Shown here: one piece after another, positions 1-10,360 of the stretch | How positions within the stretch are numbered: the first letter of the stretch is position 1 | How the letters are laid out: each line of letters begins with the position of its first letter | NCBI GenBank assembly: GCA_943704425.1 | Contig: CALSCP010000904.1 | Span: 24,874 to 88,873 of the forward strand | Length of the DNA stretch: 64,000 bases | Direction of reading: 5' to 3' | DNA from: Ministeria vibrans ATCC 50519 | Lineage: Eukaryota > Protista > Filasterea | The notes under the pieces: model-generated | Seen by the model: the letters and a program-made list of their open reading frames with translations, nothing else | Databases searched by the model: none | What the model was told of the DNA's origin: nothing | Program-made: the position numbers and the translations under genes

Positions 1-110
<110 letters not shown>

Positions 111-167
111 CTCTCATTCCTTCCTTCTCTTTTCCTTTCTGTTCTTCCCTCTCTTTCTTCACCAAAG

Positions 168-3100
168 ATGGATGGAAGCGTGCATCAACGAGGAGCTCCC
201 CGAAGCGAGCAAGCTTGAAGCGCGCCTGCGTAACGGCGTTGCCCTGGCCAAACTGGGACTCTTCTTTGCTCCCGCCTACATGAAAGGCAAGAAGGTGTTC
301 GACGAGGACGAGTCGGTGTTTCTGGCAACGGGTCTCAAGTTTCGTCACACCGACAACATCAGTCATTGGCGTCGAGCCATGGAGGCGGCCGGCTTGCCCT
401 CTCTCTTCTACCCCACCACTCCTGACCTGTACGACAAGAAGAACTTGCCCAAGGTCATCCATTGCATCCACGCGCTCTCCTTCTTTCTCTATCGCAAGGG
501 CATCGCGCCCAAGATGAAAGATCTTGTTGGCACTGCGGAGTTCACGGAGGAAGAAATCTCCGCCATGAACAAGGCGCTTGGTCAGTACGGCGTCGAGATG
601 CCCTCGTTCAGCAAGATTGGTGGTATTATTGCCAAGGAGTTGCCTGAGAGCGAGGCCGACATGCACGCTGCTATTATTGCCATCAATAAGGCCATTGAGA
701 CAGGCGACGCCAACGCCACTACCAAGGCTCTAAACAACGGCGCCGCACGCCTAAAGGGCGTTGACGACCGCAAGGTCGACCCATCCTCCTACTTCTCGCT
801 GCTCGACACTAACAAGCGCGACAAGCTCCTCAAGTACATTGAGACGAACCATCCAGAGGCGTTCGACGAGGCCGACGACGACAAGGACGACGACGACGAC
901 AAGGACGACGACGACGACAAGGACGACGACGACAAGGAGGAAGAGGAGGAAGAGGAGGAAGAGGAGGAAAACGAGGGTGAGTCGTCCAAGGCGGCCGACG
1001 TTGTGGAGAAGAAGAATGTTGGGGAGGAGGAAGGGAAGGAGAAGGAGGAGGAGGAGCAAGTCGTGGTGGCGAAAGGAGAAGAGAAGAAGGAGGGCGAGGG
1101 AGAAGAGAAGAAGGAGGGCGAGGAGAAAAAGGAGGAGGGCGAAGAGAAGACTGATGACGTTGAAAAGACCGATGTGGAGGAGAAACCAGTCGCTGTAGCG
1201 CTGGAAGGAGCCACCACAACTGAGACATCGACGGACGGCAAGACGGCGGAGGTGGACGAATGGGTTGAGCCGACTGCGGAGGAAGGCGACGAGGCTACGG
1301 GCGCCGTTGAGGATGAGGGCGAGGAGGACGCTGAGGCTGGCAGTGCCGAGTCGAAGAAGGCACGGAAGAAGCGCAAGAAGGAGAAGGAGAAGGCGAAGCG
1401 GGCGGAGAGCAACTCGAGCGATACGGTGTCGCGCTCGGCATCGACCGCCGGCGAGGAAGGTTCGACCGAGGATGCGACGGCGGCCGCCGCAATGCGACTC
1501 GCACGATTGGCGGGAGCTACACCGGAGGAACGCAAGGCGGAGCGCCGACGTGCGCGCAAAGAGCGTGAAGCCGCTGCGGCTGCCGCCGCGGAGGAGAAGG
1601 CGCGCAAGCGTGAGCAAGCACGTAAGGAACGCGAGGAGATTGCCAAGCAGCTTGCCGACGACGAGCGCAAAAAGTTTGAGAAGGAACAGAAGGCGCTGCG
1701 CAAAGCAGAGCGCGAGAAGAAGCGCGTCGAGCGTGAACAGCGTCGTGCCGAAAAGGCGGCGAACAAGGAGGCGCGTCTCGCTGCCAAGGCGGCCGCCAAA
1801 GAGGCTGCGGCGCAGAAGAAGGCGGAAGCCAAGGCAAAGCGTGCTGCTGGCGAACCATCACCTCGTGTGCTCACCCCGGCTATCATTGCCAAGTTTAGCG
1901 ACATTAAGGAGGGCGAGGATGTCTACGATCGCTACCTGACACGCGACGAGATCCAAGCGTGTGTTGTGCGCGCCAACCGTGACGCCGCACTCGCCGCGCT
2001 AAACAAGGCTATCGCCGACAACGACACCAAGCGCACGCTCGAACTGCTGCGCGACCCGCAGCTCGGCTTTGCCAACGTTTCCGCCGAGGCTTACGCCTTC
2101 TACCCGGACCAGCTCAAGGCGGCGCTCGACGCCAAGCGACAGGAGGCGCTCGAGGCCAAGCAAAAGGCGGCGCTCGAGGCCAAGCAAAAGGCGGCGCGCG
2201 AAGGCGGCGCAAGCGACGAAGAGGTCGCTGCCATGACACTGACGGACGAGGAGAAGGCTGCCATCACGTTGAGCGACGAAGAACTTGCCGCCATCACGCT
2301 TTCAATTGAGGAGATCCAGGCAGCCGTGGAGAAGGGCAACGCCGAGAACGAAGCGATGAAGGAGCGCGCACGCACCGAGCCTAAGATTATCAAGTTGCAG
2401 GCGATGGTGCGAGGTAATCTGGCGCGCAAGGCGTTTGAGAAGCAAAAGGCGGACGCAGCCGAAGCGGCCAAGAGCAAGGCGGAGGCCGAGGCGGCTGCCG
2501 CCGTAAAGATCCAGGCCTTTTACCGTGCCCAGAAACAACGCAAGGAATACGACGCGACGATGAACCACTACAAAGACCCGGAGACGCAGAAGAAAATTGC
2601 CAAGGTACAGGCGTTGGTGCGTGGCAAGAAGGAGCGCGCTGGGCATCAGGAACGACTGGAGGACCACCGTCGTCGCCTTGCTGCTGCCATGCGCATCCAG
2701 GCCTTTGTACGCGCCTGGCGACAACGACACCGCTACAAGAAGCTCATGAATGCCGAAGAACGCCCCAGTGTCAATGTGGTGCGCAGCTTCTTGCATTTGC
2801 TCGATCAGAGCTCCGTCGACTTTGCCGAGGAACTCGAACTTGAGAAACTTCGCTCGCGCATCGTACTGCAGATCCGTGACAACGACCAGGTCGAGCGCAA
2901 CCTGCACCAAATGGACGTCAAGATTGGCTTGCTCGTCAAGAATCGCATTTCACTTGACGAAGTGGTTCGCGAAAGCAAGGTAACCAATAAGAGAGGGAGG
3001 AAGGAAGGAAGGAAGGGAGGAAGGAAAAAGAAAAAAAGAAATAAGAGCAATAGTACAATATAGTATATAGTTATACAGTACTGACTCTTTATTTATTTTC

Positions 3101-4058
3101 TGTTATTGTTGTGGAATAGGGATTTTTCGGGAAGAAGAAGGTGGATGTACACAAGATCCAGGAGCGTGGCATGGGTGTGTTGAACAAGGAGGGACGCGAG
3201 CGTCTGGAGCAGTACCAGAACTTGTTCTATCATCTGCAGGCGCACCCACATTACCTTGCCAAGCTCATCTACCTCATGCCCCAGTCCAAGACAAGCAAGT
3301 TTATGGAAAATGTCATCCTCACCGTCTTCAACTACGCCCAGAACAACCGTGAAGAGTATCTCTTGCTCAACGTAAGTGGCGTGATGCACTAAACATATAA
3401 TTATTGGCAATATTATATTATAATAAGATTATTATTATAATAATTATTATTATTATAATTATTATTATTATTATTTTTATTATTATTATTGTTTTTTTTT
3501 GTTTGTTTTTTTTTTCACACATCTCATGTTCCATTTTTTCTTAGCTTTTCAAGTACGCGGTGGAAGAGGAGATGGGACGCGTGTCGGAGATTAAGGACAT
3601 GGTGACGGGCAACCCGACTGTGATCAAGATGGTCGTGCACTACAATCGTGGTGCCAAGGAGCGCACGTTTCTGCGCGAGCTGCTGCAACCTTTGGTCAAG
3701 GAGGTTCTCTCAGCCAAGGATCTCAACATCAACACAAACCCATCCGAGATATACAAGGCGTGGATCAACCACCAAGAGGCGCAGACGGGTCAACAGAGCT
3801 CGCTGCCGTACGACGTGACGCCCTCGCAGGCTCTCCAGCACGACCATGTCCAGCAGGTGTTTGTCCAGCACCTCAACAGCCTCAAAGACATTGTCTCGCG
3901 ATTCCAGGATCGCATCATCGGTTCCCTTGAGAGTCTCCCTTACGGCATTCGCTTCATTTCCATGCAGGTAAAGTGGAGTCGAACGCGCAAGTGGCGTAAA
4001 ACCTAGCACGCCGAGTAGGTTGACCACGAAGACAGCCCACAGTCAATCNNNNNNNNNN

Positions 4059-4090
<32 letters not shown>

Positions 4091-5993
4091 GCACGTCAAA
4101 GGTGCGACGTGTGCTGTTGAAAAATTTCCCAAATACGTCGCGTGACGATCTGATCAAGATTATTGGCAACCTCATCTACTACCGCTACATGAATCCGGCC
4201 ATTGTGGCGCCTGACGCCTTCGATGTGGTCGACCCCAACGCAGTGGATACGCTTCCACCGACCGCACGCCGCAACCTCGGCGAGGTCGCCAAGGTGCTGC
4301 AATTTGCGAGCTCGGGCAAGGGTTTTGATGGCAACAGCTCGTACCTCAGCTCGCTCAATCCTTACATGCAGACACTGTGGGAGCGCTTTGCGCAGTTCTT
4401 TGACAAGGCATCCACTGTCGAGGCAGCCGAGGATCACTTTCTCATCGACGAGTACAGTGAGGTGGTGCTGCGCAACAACCCACAAATCTACATTTCACCC
4501 CGCGAAATTCTCAGCACGCACCGTTTGTTGCGCGAGCACGCCGATGAGCTTGCGCCCGAGACGTCCGATCCCCTGCGTGAGCTGCTCGCGACCATGGGCG
4601 CCGCACCGCCCGAGAATGCCGACGATGTTGCAGCGCTCGCTCATGATCTGTTTGGTGGCGACGCCGAGTTGGAGATTATGCTGACGCTGTCGAAGAAGGA
4701 GTCGATCAAGGAAGACCGCACCGGCGAGCTGCGAACTATGTTTGTGCGCGCCAAGAAGATGCTCGTCAACGTGATCCGCTTCCAGGGCGGCTCGAACTCT
4801 ATTCTCGAGCTGCTGCGCACGCCAGCCACCGAGATCCAGGAGACCACCTACCGCGACTTTGTTGACGCCCAACTTGCTCAGCGTATCAGACTCACCCGTG
4901 AGTCTCACATTGCACCCAAGGAGGGTGAAGATGAGTCGTACGAGAACAAAATGATCGACTCTTTGATTGAACTCATGCTAATCGTAATATTCATAATCCT
5001 GTTTTTTTTTTCTCTCTCTCTTTTTTTTTTTTTTTTTTTTTTTTTTGGCTGGTGTTGTTGCTGTTTTTGTTGTTAGGATGACACTGGAGTCAATGAAAAA
5101 GGCACTGTTGTCGATTCTGGAGCAACTGGAGGCAGCCGGGATGGTTTCGTACGAAAACGACTACCAAGAGATTGCCAATGCCATTGCAAAGGTACAAAAT
5201 TAGAAATATATTCATACGAAATTTTGAATCATTATTATTGTCTTATTTAAATTAGGATGTGCGAAACCAACATGCGTACCGTGCTAAGCGAAAGACAGAG
5301 ATTGAAAAACTCAAGAAGACACACACGTCGCTGCTGAGCAAGGTATTAAAAACGGTGCCCCATCATCTGTATGCACTAAACTCTTGTTTAAATTATTATT
5401 ATATTTTTATTTTTATTACAGAAAACGTTTTTCAACAGTCAAAAGGAGGCGTACGACAAGTATCTTGAGGGGTGTATGTCGTCAATGGTCAAGGGCACAA
5501 ACAAGGGGTACGACTCATTGTGTAACAATATGTTGTTAACCTTTTTCTTTTTTCTAATGTTCTGTAGGACTTCGTCAGTGTCGTTCAAGTCACTTCTTTC
5601 GAGATCCAAAAAGTCCGAGCACACACACGGCGAGTACTCGTGCTCGGCCAAGAAGCTTAAGGAGAAGTGGGGTGTTCTTCTCGATGTGGAAGGTACATGA
5701 GACAATCAACGTGAAAGAGATATCATTTTCTCACCCTCATTTTCTCTTTTGTAGGCGTTCCGACTGCTATGCTTGCGACTATTCGACTGACCATCACGTC
5801 GGATGAGGAGGGAGTGTTTGTGTTTACTGTGGCACCGCAAGTCGCCGATGTCGAGCCAGTTGTGTGGAAGCTCAGCGAATTGCTCGAGCTGCAGTACGAA
5901 GGGCGCACCATTCTTAAGATGTTCACCCCCACTGCCCGCATCAATGTCAATCTGCTGCTCTTCTTGCTCAACCGCAAGTTCTTCAACAAGTAG
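168..5993 (+). CDS. IQGAP: IQGAP-family Ras GTPase-activating-like scaffold (CH, IQGAP repeats, 4 IQ motifs, GRD, RGCT); 5' end upstream of the window
   Basis: CH domain WMEACINEELP...LRNGVALAKL...KNLPKVIHCIHALS. Four IQ motifs: LQAMVRG, IQAFYRA, VQALVRG, IQAFVRA. GRD with IQGAP-type YYRYMNPAIVAPD. C-terminus NVNLLLFLLNRKF. Inferred in-frame GT-AG exons: 168-2979, 3120-3371, 3545-3967, 4102-4937, 5077-5191, 5256-5342, 5422-5507, 5568-5692, 5755-5993. Confidence 0.95.
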
Positions 5994-6194
5994 GACTGTT
6001 GACCGTATAACATTTCTTTGAGAGAGAGATAGAGATAGATAGAGAGAGAGAGGAGGGAGGGGGAAAGATACAAAGTGATAGAGAGAGGAGAGAGAAGAGA
6101 AAGTTTGTGCGTCCAATACACCTATTATTTTCATAATATTATTATTATTGTTTTTTTTAATCAAACATCCAATATACTATGGAATACTTTTGAA

Positions 6195-9100
6195 CTATAC
6201 AAGGCCAAATCCTTCGCCACCGTGCTCCATGGCCTTCCAAAGACGATCGCGCAGACAGATCTTGGTCGGGTAGTCGGGCAAAAGGAGACGGTTAAAGCAT
6301 GTGAGTGAGGTTGGCAGACGAGTGGAGGTCTGGCCGTTGCGTTGGACCACAAAGGACATGGTTGCAAAGCCTTGGACGGGCACACGATCGCTCGCCGTGA
6401 CAAATTGAAGAAACTGACGCACCTCGGGCTCCGTCATCGAGTGCAGCAGCTGCCACAGCCACACAACAACGCTATTCTCGGCTGTGTAGCCATCGTACGT
6501 CGCGACCGCCTCGAGTGCGCTCACGTCCACCGTCGACTGACCGCACACGAGTAGCTCGAGCTCTTCGGGAGCGCACAGCTCAAGCGCAGGACCACCGCAA
6601 ACGTCGACAAAGCCTTGCTGAAATGCCGAGAATTGCACCGCGATCGAGTCGCACAACAAATAGGAGACGTAAAGCTTTACAAACTCGTCACGATTCTCAA
6701 GGGTGACCGAAATGGTGTCACCGTTGGGTACGAGCTCTACACGATCTGTCGTCGCTCGGCTTGCACAACCCGCAACGCACACTTCCTCCTGGCAACAATC
6801 GGCGCCTCCGATTGGCCTGTCCACGGTCAGTGGACCCGCAGCGGCCACAGCCGGCACTGCCATCGTCTGGCAAAACACCTCGTCAAATGTTTCGGCATCG
6901 TCGTAGGCAAGCATCGCCTGTAGGCCACGCGCAAGCTCCGGTTGAATATCGGCCAAATCCACGAGAGACACCGGGACATTTAAAAGCTTCTTCCAAAGCA
7001 AGCGAGGCACACGCAAGTTGAGAATGACACCGTTGTAGATGGCGAGACCCAGCAGTTTTCCGACCAGCGCAAACTCGGCGGTGCTCTCAAGCGACGCGGC
7101 ATGAAACCAAAAACAGTGAGTGGCATCGCAGTACTCAAACATGCCAAAGTCTGGGTGAAACACCCTGGCGATGAGCGTCTGAAAAAACTCCTTGCTGACA
7201 CCACCCATGTCCAACCCTTGCTCACCACCGTCGACAAACTTCACCTTGACGGGGCGCTTCAGCTGACCAGCACGCGTCGCACTCTCCAACTGTCGCAGAG
7301 CGTCGGACAAGAGGTCGCTGCGGCGCACTTCAAGCACGAGATACGGCGAAGCACTGTTGTGCACCACATGAGCGTCGGCGGCACGCACCACCTGGTCGCG
7401 ACCGAGCGCTTTTTGCACCTGGAAAACACAGGCGGAGTTGATAAAGGCTGTCTCAAAGGTCTCGCTCATTTGCACCACTGCATCAAGGTGGATCACGCGC
7501 GCCTTCACCTCGGCCGTAAGGAGAAAGGGAAAGTCTAGCAAATTATCACTGCCAGCAACTTGTGGTGCTGGGTGTGTGGATGTCTCGTCGTGCCTTGTAA
7601 TCGTTGACCCACACGTGAGCGAGACAGCGCGTCGACTGCGCAGTCGCCAGCGTGAGTAGGCGTCCTTGATGTTGAGTGTGATCGCTGTACATGCAGCCGT
7701 GTTGTAAAACGTGTTCAGGGGCACAGTGTTGGTGGGAGAGGAGGCGTCAAAGAGAACAGACATGACGGCACAGGCATGTGCAAGGATGGGGGACTCGCTG
7801 GAGACGTGCGCCGTGATCAGCGAATGAAACGCGTGGATGACCGGAATCAAGCCGGTGGAGAGGCACGAGAGAGACTGTACCAGCTGGAGGCGTTGCTCGG
7901 CGTTCAGCAATGCTATCAGTTCAGCGGTGCGAGTCAGTGGTGGGCACTCTGGAGCAGTAGCCGCAATGTATTGGAGTACAAGAAGGAGCGGCACAATAGG
8001 CGACACGGCGAGCGCGGGGTTGCTTGTCGACGCCCCCACACGACGACGTGGAGCAATGTGTCTACGGCGGAGAGCAGACTGCTCTCGACATTGGTTGTCA
8101 ATGAGCGTCGCCAAGAGGCGCTCAAACGTCTGTGCCACAAGAAGTCGAGTGGCGTCCGAGACATCAACAAGCAGCTGGAGGCCCTGTGAGGCAGCGCCCA
8201 AGTCCAGCGGTGTCATTAAAGGTGGTTCGTTGGACTGATCATTGCTGTGGCTGACACAGAGAATGTGGGGTCCGGAAGGCGACTCGTGCTCACGAAAGCT
8301 CGACGAGACATTTGCGGGTGAGACAATTACGGTGCGAATGGTATTGTGAAGAAAGGAGAGGTCGTGGGAACGACGTGCGCTGGCAATGGATTCGCAAATC
8401 ATGGAGAGAGATAAATGAGTGAGTGAGAGCTGGACGGTCGTCCTACGAAGGGCGACCGTTTCGTCCCTGGTGCCCTCGTTAATGTCGGCGTCGGTGTTGT
8501 CGTTGCAATTTTGAGCTCTCTCTGAGAGAATACTGTCAACACCAGACAATTTTGTGCGTTGACGTGAATCGGTTCGAGTGGACGTGGAGATGTGGGAGTC
8601 GTTATTGGGTAGAGATGGACCAAAGAGCGAGCGGAATGGTGTGGTGCGCAGTAAAGACAGAAGAAACGGGGTGCAAGAGGGAGAGGTACAAGTGCGGCAG
8701 TCTGCTGGGTCGTCTACAATGTTGTCACTGGCTTTGCTGTTGCCATCATCACGGCCTTTGGTGGCTGTGGCGGCCTCGTTTGGCTCGACAAGTAAGCGAG
8801 GAATGAGGTCGAGGCGAGCGAGGTCACGACGTGCCGCCATGGGCGCACACAGACGATGGGCGGCGTCAGGTTCGGCAGCAACAACGAGAGCAACGGAGAG
8901 GGCCATGGCGGGGGTGAGAGGGCGTGAATGAGGACAGGAGCGACAAAAGGTGTTTGTGCATTCGCGGCGACCACATCCTTGCTTGAGTTGAGCAAAGAGC
9001 GCCTGGACAAGAGTGTCAAAGTCGGCGCGCGTGTCCGTCTTGGCATACGTTCGCAGCGGAAGTGCCTCGCACACACGCAAACTATCACTCAGCGCAGCTG

Positions 9101-9365
9101 CGAGGTTGCTGGCGCTCATAGTGCGGTGTTGTAAGCGAGGGAGAGGGCGCGACGTTGGAAGGGCTACGTTTGCCGACTGAAGCTGTTGCTGTGGCGTCAC
9201 GGCGGACGGTGCGCACCGCGCGAGATGCGCTTGTGGTGGTGTGTCGTGCGCTGACGCATGGAAGCGAAGTGACGCAAGGCTTCCGTGATGCGCTTTTTTG
9301 TGTTTTAGTGGCGATTCAAATTGAGAAGGAACTTGTCGCACACTCTCGTCGGCTTGTCGAAGCAT
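6195..9365 (-). CDS. HECT E3 ubiquitin ligase with N-terminal AZUL zinc finger (UBE3A/E6AP-like), apparently single exon
   Basis: QLKQGCGRRECTNTFCRSCP matches the AZUL Cys4 motif. HECT features: YLVLEVRR, GEQGLDMGGVSKEFFQ, catalytic RLPTSLTCFNRLLLPDY, terminal GFGLV. Start uncertain (ATG at 9365 or 9119). Confidence 0.9.
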   Translation of the reverse strand: MLRQADESVRQVPSQFESPLKHKKAHHGSLASLRFHASAHDTPPQAHLARCAPSAVTPQQQLQSANVALPTSRPLPRLQHRTMSASNLAAALSDSLRVCEALPLRTYAKTDTRADFDTLVQALFAQLKQGCGRRECTNTFCRSCPHSRPLTPAMALSVALVVAAEPDAAHRLCAPMAARRDLARLDLIPRLLVEPNEAATATKGRDDGNSKASDNIVDDPADCRTCTSPSCTPFLLSLLRTTPFRSLFGPSLPNNDSHISTSTRTDSRQRTKLSGVDSILSERAQNCNDNTDADINEGTRDETVALRRTTVQLSLTHLSLSMICESIASARRSHDLSFLHNTIRTVIVSPANVSSSFREHESPSGPHILCVSHSNDQSNEPPLMTPLDLGAASQGLQLLVDVSDATRLLVAQTFERLLATLIDNQCREQSALRRRHIAPRRRVGASTSNPALAVSPIVPLLLVLQYIAATAPECPPLTRTAELIALLNAEQRLQLVQSLSCLSTGLIPVIHAFHSLITAHVSSESPILAHACAVMSVLFDASSPTNTVPLNTFYNTAACTAITLNIKDAYSRWRLRSRRAVSLTCGSTITRHDETSTHPAPQVAGSDNLLDFPFLLTAEVKARVIHLDAVVQMSETFETAFINSACVFQVQKALGRDQVVRAADAHVVHNSASPYLVLEVRRSDLLSDALRQLESATRAGQLKRPVKVKFVDGGEQGLDMGGVSKEFFQTLIARVFHPDFGMFEYCDATHCFWFHAASLESTAEFALVGKLLGLAIYNGVILNLRVPRLLWKKLLNVPVSLVDLADIQPELARGLQAMLAYDDAETFDEVFCQTMAVPAVAAAGPLTVDRPIGGADCCQEEVCVAGCASRATTDRVELVPNGDTISVTLENRDEFVKLYVSYLLCDSIAVQFSAFQQGFVDVCGGPALELCAPEELELLVCGQSTVDVSALEAVATYDGYTAENSVVVWLWQLLHSMTEPEVRQFLQFVTASDRVPVQGFATMSFVVQRNGQTSTRLPTSLTCFNRLLLPDYPTKICLRDRLWKAMEHGGEGFGLV

Positions 9366-9555
9366 CGCGATCGAGTGACTGCGCACCACCCCTCACTAGA
9401 TGCGTTGACTGTAGAACAAATACAGAAAAGGGTTTTGATTTTAGAATTGAGGAGATCAATTGAACTTGTAAAATTAAAATTTATTTTAGTTTTCTTACCG
9501 TCCGTCCATTGTCGACTCCCGCGGCCTCAACTGGACAGCGGCAGGTCAACATTCA

Positions 9556-10288
9556 ATGGCGGCTGTTGGGCAGCGAGATTTGAGTGGTCACTCGCCGCTG
9601 GACATCATCAAGGGAGTCGAAGAGTGTCCTGTACGCACTGACACACACATCTCTCTCTCTGTGTGTGTCTCTCTCTCTCTCTCAAACTCTCTCTCTCTTG
9701 CGCCCCCTCGACACCTCTCTCGCCCTCCCCTCTGCCCTTCTGCCTGAATCGACCCCTGAGATGCCCTCCATCTCTCTCTTCTTTCTTCTCTTTCTCCTTT
9801 TTTTTATCAACATCGTTTGAAAAAAAAAAAAAAAAAAAAAAGAAGTAACAAAATGAGCTCATTCGGAGCATTGCGACGCACTGTGTGTGCATTCGTCGGG
9901 GCCCTATGGACACAGGCGGCCTGGCCATGTCCATCCCCGGGGCTGTGGTGTGTGTTGCGCCCCGCTATGGCTCACACAAGCGGGTTGTCATTTTTTAATC
10001 TCCTCCTCTTTCTTGTTGCAGCATGACGTCTTCAGTGCAACCCGCTTCCTTATGTTCACGGGCGACCTTGTCGAAGTGGATGTGTACAGTCTGGCGCCGC
10101 TGAAGACGCTCAAGGCGTTTCTTTTCAACGATGTCCTTTTGCTTGCTGAACGCAAAAAGGTCCACAAGAAGGTGGTCAAGAAGTCGAAGGAGCCTCTCTT
10201 TGTCTGTGTCGCCGCCATGCCGATTTCGTCTTTGCATGTCACTGACATGCGCCTCGCCGATGGTACGTGAAAGGCATGTCATATCGGG

Positions 10289-10360
<72 letters not shown>

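Noticed and set aside
874-936. Tandem DDDDK repeats resembling FLAG/enterokinase tags (vector contamination)
   Set aside because: There is no DYK, and the repeats sit in frame within a natural acidic tract. They are best explained by GAC slippage.
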